Of a stretch of DNA of 64,000 nt, positions 39,197 to 48,996 are shown one piece after another; position 1 is the first letter of the stretch, and every line of letters begins with the position of its first letter. The stretch spans positions 64,001 through 128,000 of the forward strand of contig JAPLVC010000007.1 in assembly GCA_026397315.1 (NCBI GenBank), in the 5' to 3' direction. The position numbers were made by a program, and so were the translations under genes. The DNA comes from Candidatus Aenigmatarchaeota archaeon (GTDB taxonomy: Archaea; Aenigmatarchaeota; Aenigmatarchaeia; QMZP01; QMZT01). The notes below the pieces were generated by a model, which was given only the letters and a program-made list of their open reading frames with translations, was not told the origin of the DNA and made no database searches.

Positions 39197-41551
39197 ATGG
39201 ATGCGAGACACATAGAATTGCTCGGCAAAAGCGACACTGAATTGCTGGAAATATCCCGCATGTTCATGCTGGCGCTCAATCTGGAAGAGATGCAGAAGGT
39301 GCAGGATTATTTCAAGCGACACGGCCGCAACCCGACGGACATAGAGCTGGAGACGTTCGCCCAAACATGGTCGGAACACTGCGTGCACAAGACGTTCCGC
39401 GGCAACATAGAATACAACGGGCAGAAGATAAACAACCTCCTGAAATCCTACATAATCAAGGCGACCAATGACCTGCGAATGCCCTGGTGCGTGCACGTTT
39501 TCGAGGACAACGCGGGCATCGTCGAGTTCAACGACAAGCACAACATCGCGGTGAAAGTCGAGACTCACAACCATCCGAGCGCGCTGGATCCTTACGGAGG
39601 AGCGGGCACCGGCTCAGGCGGCGTTTTCCGCGACGTCATGGGCGTCGGGGCGAAGCCGATCATGTCAACGGACATATTGTTTTTCGCGCCGCCGGATTAC
39701 CCGCACGACAAGCTTCCGAAAGGCGTTCTTCATCCGAAGCGCCTGATGAAAGGCGTCGTGGCCGGCATCCGCGACTATGGCAACAGGATGGGCATCCCGA
39801 CGGCGAATGGCGGATTCGGATTTCACGAAGGTTATGTGGGCAACCCGCTCGTTTATGCCGGTTGCCTGGGCATAATGCCGAAGGAAAAATACGTGCGCGA
39901 CGCGAAACCGGGAGATAAGATAGTGCTCGCAGGCGGGCGCACAGGACGTGACGGAATACACGGCGTAACGTTCGCCTCGCTGGAGCTTTCGACTGACTCG
40001 AAGAAAACGTCGAGCGGAGCGGTGCAGATAGGCAACGCCATCGAGGAGAAGCGCGTGCTCGACGGACAGCTGAAGGCGAGGGACGTCCGAGACGTCCCGC
40101 TCTATTCGGCCATCACCGATTGCGGAGGCGGAGGATTGTCATCGGCGATTGGCGAGATGGGCAAAAAAACCGGTGCCAGGGTATGGCTGGACAAGGTCCC
40201 GCTCAAATACGATGGTCTCGAGCCGTGGGAGATTTGGATTTCAGAGGCGCAGGAAAGGATGCTTCTCGCCGTACCTGAAGAAAACGTCGCAGAAGTGCTG
40301 GAGATTTTCAGGGAGGAGAACACGGAAGCGAATGTAATAGGCGAATTCACCAGTGACAAAAAGCTCACGCTCATGTTCAACGACAAAACTATCGGAGAGC
40401 TCGACATGGGATTCCTGCACGACGGCTTTCCGAAAGCCGAGAAGAAAGCCGTGCTTAAAATAAGCGAAAAGAAGGATCCTGACCTGCAGGACCAGAAGGA
40501 TTTCGGTATGGACGTGAAAGCGCTTCTTTCTTCACCGACCATTGCGAGCAAGGAATGGGTCATACGCCAATACGACCATGAAGTGCAGGCGAAGACTGTG
40601 ATAAAGCCGATACAGGGCCTCGGCGGACCCGGAGACGCATGCGTGCTCAGGCCGATATACGACGAATGGAAAGGGGTAGTCGTCTCGAACGGTTATAATC
40701 CCAGGTTTTCCGGCAATCCCTACAACATGGCGCTGTCCGCGATAGACGAAGCGATGCGCAACAACGTCTGCTGCGGAGGGCGCCGCATAGCGCTGCTAGA
40801 CAACTTCTCATGGGGCAACCCCGAAAAGCCCGACCGGCTTGGAGCGCTCGTTGAGGCTGTGAAAGCCTGCCACGACGGTTCGTTAGCGTTTTGCGCGCCT
40901 TTCATTTCCGGCAAGGATTCCCTTTACAACGAATACAGCCTAGGCGGGGCGAAAGACACGATTTCCATCCCGTATACGCTCGTTATTACTGCGGTCGGCA
41001 TAATACCCGACGTGCGCAAGGCCGTGACCATGGACCTTAAGATGGCAGGCAATCCCGTTTACATGGTCGGCGAGACGAAAGACGAGATGGACGGCTCACA
41101 TTATTACATGATAAAGCACGTTGATGGCGGAACGGTTCCTGGCGTTGACCTAGCGAAGGCGAAGGAAAGCATGGATTCGCTAGTCGAAGCGATGGACGCT
41201 GGTTTGGTCCGCGCGTGCCACGACTGCTCGGAAGGAGGACTAGCCGTCGCAGCCGCGGAGATGTGCTTCGCCGGCGGCCTCGGCATGAGAATCGACCTAG
41301 ACAATGTTCAGCAGAAATGCATCGTTAAAAATCACAAGCTGCTGTTCTCGGAGAGCAACTCCCGCTTCCTGGTCGAAGTTGCCAAAGGCAAGGAGGACGA
41401 GTTCGAGAATCTAATGGGCTCTCATGTTTCGAGAATAGGAGAAGTGACGCAGCGCAATAATCTGCTTGTCGCCGGCCTGAACGGCAGGGCTATAATAGAC
41501 GAGGATATCGACGATCTCAGGAAAGCGTGGAGGAAGACTTTCGACTGGTGA
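39197..41551 (+). CDS. purL: FGAM synthase subunit PurL
   Basis: QTWSEHC, KVETHNHPS, GRDGIHG, SEAQER and SGKDSL motifs. Confidence 0.96.
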   Translation: MDARHIELLGKSDTELLEISRMFMLALNLEEMQKVQDYFKRHGRNPTDIELETFAQTWSEHCVHKTFRGNIEYNGQKINNLLKSYIIKATNDLRMPWCVHVFEDNAGIVEFNDKHNIAVKVETHNHPSALDPYGGAGTGSGGVFRDVMGVGAKPIMSTDILFFAPPDYPHDKLPKGVLHPKRLMKGVVAGIRDYGNRMGIPTANGGFGFHEGYVGNPLVYAGCLGIMPKEKYVRDAKPGDKIVLAGGRTGRDGIHGVTFASLELSTDSKKTSSGAVQIGNAIEEKRVLDGQLKARDVRDVPLYSAITDCGGGGLSSAIGEMGKKTGARVWLDKVPLKYDGLEPWEIWISEAQERMLLAVPEENVAEVLEIFREENTEANVIGEFTSDKKLTLMFNDKTIGELDMGFLHDGFPKAEKKAVLKISEKKDPDLQDQKDFGMDVKALLSSPTIASKEWVIRQYDHEVQAKTVIKPIQGLGGPGDACVLRPIYDEWKGVVVSNGYNPRFSGNPYNMALSAIDEAMRNNVCCGGRRIALLDNFSWGNPEKPDRLGALVEAVKACHDGSLAFCAPFISGKDSLYNEYSLGGAKDTISIPYTLVITAVGIIPDVRKAVTMDLKMAGNPVYMVGETKDEMDGSHYYMIKHVDGGTVPGVDLAKAKESMDSLVEAMDAGLVRACHDCSEGGLAVAAAEMCFAGGLGMRIDLDNVQQKCIVKNHKLLFSESNSRFLVEVAKGKEDEFENLMGSHVSRIGEVTQRNNLLVAGLNGRAIIDEDIDDLRKAWRKTFDW

Positions 41552-41567
41552 AGCGAAAAAAGGTGTC

Positions 41568-42323
41568 ATGATGGTAAAGACTTTGGTGCTAAGGGCTGAC
41601 GGGACAAATTGCGATGAAGAGACTGCGTACGCGTTCCATCTTGCTGGTTCGCACGCGGACAGGGTCCACATAAACGAGCTCATAAAAGGAAAGAAGTCGC
41701 TGGACGATTACCAGATACTGGCCATCCCCGGCGGCTTCGCTCACGGCGACGACGTCGCATCCGGAAAAATACTTGCAAATCTCATAAGGTTCAAGCTCAA
41801 CAAGGATTTTGTAAAATTCATAGAAAGCGGCAAGCTGGTCATAGGCATATGCAACGGCTTCCAGGCGATAGTCAAAGCAGGACTGCTTCCTGCGTTCGGA
41901 GGTTTTGGCAACCAGGAGGCGACTCTGGCGGCGAATGACTCCGGCTACTTCATTGACAAATGGGTCACGCTTAATCACGTCAACAAGGGCAAATGCGTCT
42001 TCACGAAGGGTATGAAAAGCGAAATTTTCGTGCCCATAAACCACGCCGAAGGCAAGTTCATAGCGTCTTCGGAGATACTGCATTCGCTAGAGACGAATGA
42101 CCAGGTTGTTTTCACATATAAGGACAACCCCAACGGCTCGATGAACTCGATTGCCGGCATATGCAACACGCAGGGCAATGTGTTCGGGCTTATGCCGCAC
42201 CCGGAAAAATTCGTATCGAAATACACGCACCCGTTCTGGACGCGCGATAAATGGCTCCCAGAGGAAGGCGACGGCCTGGCGATATTCAGGAACGCGGTGA
42301 ATTATGCCAAGAAGAAATTCTGA
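41568..42323 (+). CDS. purQ: FGAM synthase glutaminase subunit
   Basis: GTNCD, PGGFxxGD, GICNGFQ and MPHPE motifs. Confidence 0.97.
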   Translation: MMVKTLVLRADGTNCDEETAYAFHLAGSHADRVHINELIKGKKSLDDYQILAIPGGFAHGDDVASGKILANLIRFKLNKDFVKFIESGKLVIGICNGFQAIVKAGLLPAFGGFGNQEATLAANDSGYFIDKWVTLNHVNKGKCVFTKGMKSEIFVPINHAEGKFIASSEILHSLETNDQVVFTYKDNPNGSMNSIAGICNTQGNVFGLMPHPEKFVSKYTHPFWTRDKWLPEEGDGLAIFRNAVNYAKKKF

Positions 42324-42454
42324 CCCACGACCGGCTCATTTCTTAACCTTTGAAGCGACTTCTCCGGCGAAGCCCCGTGAGGAAAGCAGGACAGAAAAAT
42401 ATTTAAACCACGTCAACAGAATAATGAATTAAATATAAGACAGGAGAAGATAAA

Positions 42455-42631
42455 ATGGCATTTAGAGAAAGACGTTTCGACGAAAGATCGGAAAGAAGAG
42501 ACTTCAGACCACGCGAGATGCACAAGGCTGTTTGTTCTGAGTGCGGAAAAGAGTGCGAAGTCCCGTTCAAGCCCACGGATGGCAGACCGGTTTTCTGCAG
42601 AGACTGCTTCGCAAAAAAGAGAAGGTTCTAA
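42455..42631 (+). CDS. CxxC-x17-CxxC zinc-ribbon small protein (58 aa)
   Basis: Manual translation ...REMHKAVCSECGKECEVPFKPTDGRPVFCRDCF...; AGGAG RBS; missing from the ORF track. Confidence 0.9.
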   Translation: MAFRERRFDERSERRDFRPREMHKAVCSECGKECEVPFKPTDGRPVFCRDCFAKKRRF

Positions 42632-42748
42632 GTTGGTTAAACACGGGACCATTGCAGAAATTTAATTTGGTTAGTTTTTACTTTATTTTTCCAAAATTTT
42701 CCAAAAATCAGATTTCAGAGGCGATTTCAAGCCGTGCGCTCACTGTTC

Positions 42749-44098
42749 TCAAATAGCTATCGCTATGAAAGAGCAGATGAATATGGCTGCTATGGAAACG
42801 AGCAGGCCAGCCTTCAGCAGATCCCTCAGCTTGACGTAGTTCGTAGAATACGCTATGGTTGTAGGCGGCGTCCCGCTGGGCATTATGAAGTCGAGCGAGA
42901 CTCCGACGCCCGCGAGCATCGCTAGCATCCGCGGGTTTATGCCAGTCGCTACTGCGAGCGGTATCATCATCGGCACGATTACCGAAGCGGCTGCCGTGTT
43001 GCTGGCGAACGCTGTGAGAGCGACGCCGAAGGTTATTATGACTAACGCTATTAGTAACGCTCCCTGCCCGGATATTATGTTGCCTATCGCATTCGCCATA
43101 GTCACGTCGAGGGCGGAAGCGTGCATGGCAAACCCTAGCGAAATGCCGCCTCCTATCAGGATGAGCGAAGGCCAGTCTATCTTCTTGAAATCGTCGCCTT
43201 TCAGCAGCCCCAGGCCGAACAAAAGGAAAACCGGCACGAGGGAAATGGTGCCTATGTCCATTTTATGTATCTCCGTCGTGACCCAGAGCATGATGGTAAT
43301 CGCGAATATTGCCAGGACTTTCTTTTGGTCCATGTTAAGCTTCCTCTTGTTCTCCTGCATGTTTATCTTCTTCACTTCCGGCTTGAACAGGAAAGTGAGG
43401 ATTATGAAAGTCGAGCAGATTAGCGCCACCATCATGGGAAAGCCGTAATACGTCCAGTCCATGAAGCCGAAAGAATAGCCTGCCTGGTTCAGGAATTTCG
43501 CCACGAGCACGTTGGGCGTGCTGCCAACCATTGTACCCAGGCCGCCGATGGTCGCAGCGAAGCCAATGCCGAGGACGAGCGACTTGCCGAAGCTGGATTT
43601 GCCGGGCAGCATCTTGTTGCTCTTGAGTATGATGAGGCCGATGGGCATCATCATGGCGGCGGCGGCCGAATTAGCCATCCACATCGATATGAAAGCCGTC
43701 ACTCCTATCATGCTGAAAAGGACGATGCGCGGGCTTGAGCCGCGGTGCACGAGCTTGTGGCCTATGTATTCGTCGACCTTGTATTTGCTCAGGGCGAGTG
43801 CTATGACGAAACCGCCGAGCACGAGCACGACGACGGAATCGAAGAACGGAGAGAACGCCTCCGCCGGTTTAAAGCCGCCGAATATGACTAGCAGGAAAGG
43901 TATGAACAGCGCGGTTATGTGAAGGGGAACTATTTCCGAAAGCCACATGAAGAGGGCGGTGAACGTTATGGTGAAGACGATTTGCTGAGGCGAACCGAAG
44001 CCGAGAAAATAAGACGACAGAGCAGTTGAGAACAAAATGCCTGCAATCACAAACAGTATCTTCTTGGCAATGCTCCACGTGGGAATCTCGTGACGCAT
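42749..44098 (-). CDS. DASS/SLC13 anion symporter
   Basis: SMWMAN, GSTPN, SNTA and TPP motifs; many TM helices. Confidence 0.9.
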   Translation of the reverse strand: MRHEIPTWSIAKKILFVIAGILFSTALSSYFLGFGSPQQIVFTITFTALFMWLSEIVPLHITALFIPFLLVIFGGFKPAEAFSPFFDSVVVLVLGGFVIALALSKYKVDEYIGHKLVHRGSSPRIVLFSMIGVTAFISMWMANSAAAAMMMPIGLIILKSNKMLPGKSSFGKSLVLGIGFAATIGGLGTMVGSTPNVLVAKFLNQAGYSFGFMDWTYYGFPMMVALICSTFIILTFLFKPEVKKINMQENKRKLNMDQKKVLAIFAITIMLWVTTEIHKMDIGTISLVPVFLLFGLGLLKGDDFKKIDWPSLILIGGGISLGFAMHASALDVTMANAIGNIISGQGALLIALVIITFGVALTAFASNTAAASVIVPMMIPLAVATGINPRMLAMLAGVGVSLDFIMPSGTPPTTIAYSTNYVKLRDLLKAGLLVSIAAIFICSFIAIAI

Positions 44099-44162
44099 AT
44101 TATTATTTTGGGAGCCACAGATAATAAGATATTTTCTTAAGCAGGGCGGTCAAAGGTATATC

Positions 44163-44609
44163 ATGACTAAGAAATCCGGGAAGCCATCTAAAGCTGCCAG
44201 TTCTGAAACCATCTCAGACATCTTCGAGAACTACGCCAGGGAAAAAATACAGGTGCCGTGGGAGCTTAGGATTGACACGAAAATCGCCGCGGCAGTCTCG
44301 GCTGTCGCCGCCCTGTTATTATTTGGAACGTTCGTTTACCACTTCATGGAGAACTGGAGCTGGATTCAGGCGTTCTATTTTTCAGTCACGACGCTGACCA
44401 CCGTCGGTTATGGCGACATACACCCGACCACCGACCTGTCGCGGCTTTTCACAGCAGGATACATCCTGACGGGCGTCGCGATAGTGCTTGCGTCGCTGGA
44501 AATAATAGGCTCGACCTACATCACCAGACGAGAGACTCAGATACTGCTGAAAAAACAGAAATACGAAAGTGAAAGGACGAAAAGGAAAAAGCAGCGGCAA
44601 AACTTATAA
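44163..44609 (+). CDS. 2-TM potassium channel (KcsA-like)
   Basis: TLTTVGYGD selectivity filter. Confidence 0.92.
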   Translation: MTKKSGKPSKAASSETISDIFENYAREKIQVPWELRIDTKIAAAVSAVAALLLFGTFVYHFMENWSWIQAFYFSVTTLTTVGYGDIHPTTDLSRLFTAGYILTGVAIVLASLEIIGSTYITRRETQILLKKQKYESERTKRKKQRQNL

Positions 44610-44675
44610 AACACGCGCCGAAAAGATTAGTATAATTGTTTTGCGCCGTTGGATGGCGGCGCCTGGGGTGATGGG

Positions 44676-45104
44676 ATGAAAGTTCTTATAATTTGCGGCA
44701 GCGAATCCGACCTTGAAATCGCCAGGAAGGCGGAGGACATACTCAAGAAGAACAAGATTGCCTTCGATATCCGCGTCTCGTCCGCCCACCGCGATCCGGA
44801 GGGAACCAGAAAGATCGTTAAGTCGACCGACGCGGACGTCATAATCGCCGTAGCCGGCCTTGCGGCCGCGTTACCAGGGTTTGTCGCGTCGATGACACAT
44901 AAGCCCGTGATAGGCGTGCCTGTCGGAGTCAAGCTCGGTGGTCTCGACGCACTGCTTTCCATGATGCAGATGCCGTCGGGCGTGCCAGTCGCGACGGTTT
45001 CCATAGACGGTGGTAAAAATGCTGCAATATTAGCTATGGAAATATTGGCTCTAAAGGATGAAAATATCAGAAAGAAACTTATAAAATATAGAAGATTGAA
45101 ATGA
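44676..45104 (+). CDS. purE: AIR carboxylase / N5-CAIR mutase
   Basis: GSxSD, SAHR, PVIGVP and QMPSGVPVATV motifs. Confidence 0.95.
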   Translation: MKVLIICGSESDLEIARKAEDILKKNKIAFDIRVSSAHRDPEGTRKIVKSTDADVIIAVAGLAAALPGFVASMTHKPVIGVPVGVKLGGLDALLSMMQMPSGVPVATVSIDGGKNAAILAMEILALKDENIRKKLIKYRRLK

Positions 45105-45973
45105 TAGATGAAAAAACTTTACAAGAATGGACCGAATTATATAATATCGGTTGGGGTTCATACAAAATTGCTAAGAAATATGGCATTTCTATTCCTACCG
45201 TGCAAAAATATTTAAGAAAAGTTGGTATATTTAATGGGATTAGGACGCGAGACGCACGTATCAAAAATTTTGATAGTATGGCCAAAGAGAAGAATTGTAT
45301 TGTGATAAAAGGTGATATATCTGACAATGAAAAAAGATGTGATCTGAGATTTTCTCTCGGAAATCTTGACGGGGTGAAAATTGTTCCCAGATTTGATAAA
45401 GGATTTAAAAAAGTCCTTTTAATACCCAACAAAAATGGCCGCAAACTATCACATTGTGATGGTTATAATGTTGCAGGAATTGGCACTTACATACCAAATC
45501 ATCTCAGAAATCAGCAAGTAAAAATACGGCATAAAAAAATATCGGTATATTTCCCTTTAGCTGAATTCAATATCTCCGAAGTTGACACGGTATTGGATTT
45601 GGACGGTAGAAAATTGGCAGAACGGCTTGTGAAAATGGGATGGAAGATGCCAAGAACCAGATTAACTTTTGCCGATCAGGGGGACTTGTTAATCATAAAT
45701 CCCGAAGGTAAAAAAATCCTAATGGAAATTACAAAGTCTCACGGATTAAAAAATAGAAATGAAACCACATACCTTGTTTTAGGGAAAATCCTAAAAACAA
45801 AAGTCTATGCAAATAAGGTTAATGCGTCTACTGTAATAATACTCAATTCGGCATTGAAGAGAAAGCTTTTTAGTTATTTTAATGGATGTGTTAAATATCT
45901 AAACGTTAATCTTATGTGGACAGACTTCAAAGAAAATTGGATAGATGAAGTGATATCAAATATAGAAAAATGA
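45101..45973 (+). CDS. HTH + PD-(D/E)xK-like nuclease; putative free-standing homing endonuclease
   Basis: N-terminal HTH (SYKIAKKYGISIPTVQKYL); GDLLI...MEITK catalytic-like motif; AT-rich; ATGA overlap with the purE stop. Confidence 0.55.
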   Translation: MIDEKTLQEWTELYNIGWGSYKIAKKYGISIPTVQKYLRKVGIFNGIRTRDARIKNFDSMAKEKNCIVIKGDISDNEKRCDLRFSLGNLDGVKIVPRFDKGFKKVLLIPNKNGRKLSHCDGYNVAGIGTYIPNHLRNQQVKIRHKKISVYFPLAEFNISEVDTVLDLDGRKLAERLVKMGWKMPRTRLTFADQGDLLIINPEGKKILMEITKSHGLKNRNETTYLVLGKILKTKVYANKVNASTVIILNSALKRKLFSYFNGCVKYLNVNLMWTDFKENWIDEVISNIEK

Positions 45974-46026
45974 GATGAACATATGCTTCACGTTTGCGAC
46001 ATCGCTACGAAATTTGAGGAGTAAAA

Positions 46027-47007
46027 ATGATAAATACAGAAATCATCAGAAGGAATTTGAGCAACACTCTCGAAAAAACAGAGCTGAACATAGGCGACAA
46101 ATACGAGGGGAAAGTCAGGGATAATTACATTCTCAGGGGCAAGAGGATAATAGTCACGACCGACAGGATATCCGCTTTCGACAAGGTCCTGGGCACCATA
46201 CCCTTCAAGGGACAGGTCCTGAACCAGCTCGCAGCTTTCTGGTTCGATAAAACCAAAAACATCATCAAAAACCACATGATAGACGTCCCGGACCCGAATG
46301 TCATGGTTGTCACGGAATGCAGGCCCATAGCCATCGAGATGGTGGTGCGCGGCTACATGACCGGCGTGACGACGACGTCGGCATGGTACAACTACCAGAA
46401 CGGCGTCAGGAATTTCTGCGGCAACCGCTTGCCAGAAGGCATGCGCAAGGATCAGAGATTCGAGCGTCCCATAATAACGCCGACCACCAAGGCAGGCAAG
46501 GGCGAGCACGACAGGCCGGTATCCGGCGATGAAGCGATTGAAGAGGGACTGGTGACAAAAGACCTTTTCGAAAAAATGTCCGAGGTAAGTCTCATGCTTT
46601 TCGATTTCGGCTCGAGGTTCGTCGCGAAGCACGGCCTCATACTCGTCGATACTAAATACGAGTTCGGCCTGCTCGACGGCGAGCTGGTACTCATGGACGA
46701 GATTCACACTCCTGATTCATCTAGGTTCTGGTTCGCGGATACATACGACGAGCTTTTCAGGAAAGGCGAGGAACAGCGAAAGCTGGACAAGGAATACGTC
46801 AGGACATGGCTCGCTAATCAGGGATATCTTGGCGATGGAAAGCCGCCCGTCCTGACTGATGAAGTAAAGATTGAAGCGGCGAGGAGATACATTGAGGCTT
46901 ACGAAAAAATAACCGGTAAAAAATTCGAGGTGACGGAAGGCAACGTCGCTGAAAGGATAAGGGAAAACCTCGAGAACAAAGGCTATCTGAAGAAGTTTAA
47001 GAAGTGA
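46027..47007 (+). CDS. purC: SAICAR synthetase
   Basis: GKVRD, DRISAFD, DTKYEFG and DEIHTPDSSRFW motifs. Confidence 0.97.
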   Translation: MINTEIIRRNLSNTLEKTELNIGDKYEGKVRDNYILRGKRIIVTTDRISAFDKVLGTIPFKGQVLNQLAAFWFDKTKNIIKNHMIDVPDPNVMVVTECRPIAIEMVVRGYMTGVTTTSAWYNYQNGVRNFCGNRLPEGMRKDQRFERPIITPTTKAGKGEHDRPVSGDEAIEEGLVTKDLFEKMSEVSLMLFDFGSRFVAKHGLILVDTKYEFGLLDGELVLMDEIHTPDSSRFWFADTYDELFRKGEEQRKLDKEYVRTWLANQGYLGDGKPPVLTDEVKIEAARRYIEAYEKITGKKFEVTEGNVAERIRENLENKGYLKKFKK

Positions 47008-47022
47008 GTTTGGGGTGAACTT

Positions 47023-48363
47023 ATGGCAATACATCCGATAGAGTATCGTTATTGTTCTGACGAGATGACAGCAGTTTTCGATGAAGAAGCGAAGCTGCAG
47101 AAGTGGCTCGACGTTGAAGCGGCGTTAGCCCGCGCGCACGCGCAGCTCGGCAACATTCCCAAGAAAGCCGCTGGGGAAATCGCGAAGAAGGCCGACACGC
47201 GCTTCGTGACCGTCGATCGCGTCCATGAAATAGACGCGGAGATACACCATGATCTCATGGCGATGGTGCGCGCGCTGACCGAAGTCGCTGGTGACGCTGG
47301 GAAATACGTGCATTACGGCGCGACGTCTTATGACATTGAAGACACGGCGCTGGCGCTCCAGCTCGGGGATGCCATAGGCATAATAGAGACGAATCTCGAT
47401 AAGCTGAAGTCGACGCTGGCCATGCTTGCGGGAAAACACAAGGACGTCGTTTGCATCGGCAGGACGCACGGCCAGCATGCAGTTCCCACGACGTATGGCC
47501 TCAAGTTCGCCAACTGGCTCTGCGAGATTCAGAGGAACATCGAGCGTCTGGAGCAGGCGAAGAAGCGCATACTCGTGGGCAAGATGACCGGCGCAGTCGG
47601 AACCCAGGCGACTTTCGGGACGAATGCGCGGCGGCTGCAAGCGTTAGTCATGAAAGACCTGAATCTTAAGCCTGTCATGGTTTCGACGCAGGTCATACAG
47701 AGGGACAGGCATGCGGAGCTAGTCTTCGTGCTCGCGCTGACAGGCACGACGCTCGATAAAATAGCGAAAGAAATCCGCAATCTCCAGCGCACTGAAATCG
47801 GCGAGGTGCTCGAAAGGTTCGAGGGTAAACAGGTCGGCTCATCGACGATGCCGCACAAGCGCAATCCATGGAAGTCTGAGAACGTCTGTTCGCTAGCGCG
47901 CGTTCTCAAGTCGCACGTCATGGTCGCTTTGGACAACAACCCGCTGGAGCACGAGCGCGACCTTACGAACTCTGCTAACGAGCGCATCATTTTCGCCGAG
48001 AGCTTCATGCTGCTCGACTTCATGCTCAGGCGCATCAACGACATACTGCTGAGCCTTGAGCTGAGAAAGGAGAACATAGACAAGAATTTGCATATGACGA
48101 AGGGCCTGGTCATGAGCGAGAAGATAATGATACACATGGTAAAGAAGGGCATCGGCCGCCAGGACGCGCACGAGATAATGCGCTCGTCCGCGATGCAGTC
48201 TTACGAGACGGAAGAGCCGCTCATTGCCGTGCTCATGCGCAATTCGCTAGTCAACAAGAAGTTCGGCCGGGCAGAGCTCGAGCGCCTGCTCGACCCGCGC
48301 AACTACGTCGGAACCGCCAGGGAGCAGGTGGACGACGCGCTGAAGGCGACGAGAAAAAAATAG
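47023..48363 (+). CDS. purB: Adenylosuccinate lyase
   Basis: GRTHGQHA, GSSTMPHKRNP and HERDL motifs. Confidence 0.97.
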   Translation: MAIHPIEYRYCSDEMTAVFDEEAKLQKWLDVEAALARAHAQLGNIPKKAAGEIAKKADTRFVTVDRVHEIDAEIHHDLMAMVRALTEVAGDAGKYVHYGATSYDIEDTALALQLGDAIGIIETNLDKLKSTLAMLAGKHKDVVCIGRTHGQHAVPTTYGLKFANWLCEIQRNIERLEQAKKRILVGKMTGAVGTQATFGTNARRLQALVMKDLNLKPVMVSTQVIQRDRHAELVFVLALTGTTLDKIAKEIRNLQRTEIGEVLERFEGKQVGSSTMPHKRNPWKSENVCSLARVLKSHVMVALDNNPLEHERDLTNSANERIIFAESFMLLDFMLRRINDILLSLELRKENIDKNLHMTKGLVMSEKIMIHMVKKGIGRQDAHEIMRSSAMQSYETEEPLIAVLMRNSLVNKKFGRAELERLLDPRNYVGTAREQVDDALKATRKK

Positions 48364-48372
48364 GAAATTAAT

Positions 48373-48927
48373 ATGGAACAGACATCTTTACAAAAAATTG
48401 AAAAGAACCACGGAAACTACGCAAGTTTTGCTATATGGGACGAAAAAAATTACGATGCCAATCCTACCGAGCTAATAAAAATTTACATGAACGATCTCAA
48501 ACCGCAAATTGTCATAGTTGGCTTGAATGCATCGAGGGACACAAAAAATTTCGAGGCTTTTCATTGTAAACATCGTGGTGGAAGGGGCGAGTGGCTAAAA
48601 GACGCTTTTAACAAAAGCCGTTTCCGAGGAGCGTATATGACTGACATAATAAAAGATGTTAACCCTAAATCAAAAAATGTCAAACTATCCGAAAATGATA
48701 TCAAAACTTTTTCAAATGAACTGAAAGATTTAGGGTGTAAAAATTTCACAGTTATTGCAATTGGTAAGAGAGCATACAAGATTCTGAATGACAATAAAAC
48801 AAGAATAATAAATCAAGACAATATAAAAATCGACATTAAAAAAATACCACACTATGCTAGTAGAATCGAAAGAGAAGATTTTATTGGAAAGGTAAATAAG
48901 TTAGCGTATTCTTTCACCAAAACTTAA
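48373..48927 (+). CDS. Uracil-DNA-glycosylase-like family protein (AT-rich insertion)
   Basis: VIVGLNAS, GAYMTDIIK and IPHY resemble UDG-superfamily motifs A and B. Confidence 0.5.
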   Translation: MEQTSLQKIEKNHGNYASFAIWDEKNYDANPTELIKIYMNDLKPQIVIVGLNASRDTKNFEAFHCKHRGGRGEWLKDAFNKSRFRGAYMTDIIKDVNPKSKNVKLSENDIKTFSNELKDLGCKNFTVIAIGKRAYKILNDNKTRIINQDNIKIDIKKIPHYASRIEREDFIGKVNKLAYSFTKT

Positions 48928-48996
48928 AAAATCACTGCCACATATTATTTACAGGAATGAGTTGCAATAATTTGCAGAATTGAGAGGTTGATGGTA

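Noticed and set aside
42324-42450. Possible purine/ZTP riboswitch or small RNA after purQ
   Set aside because: No convincing stems or aptamer consensus could be identified
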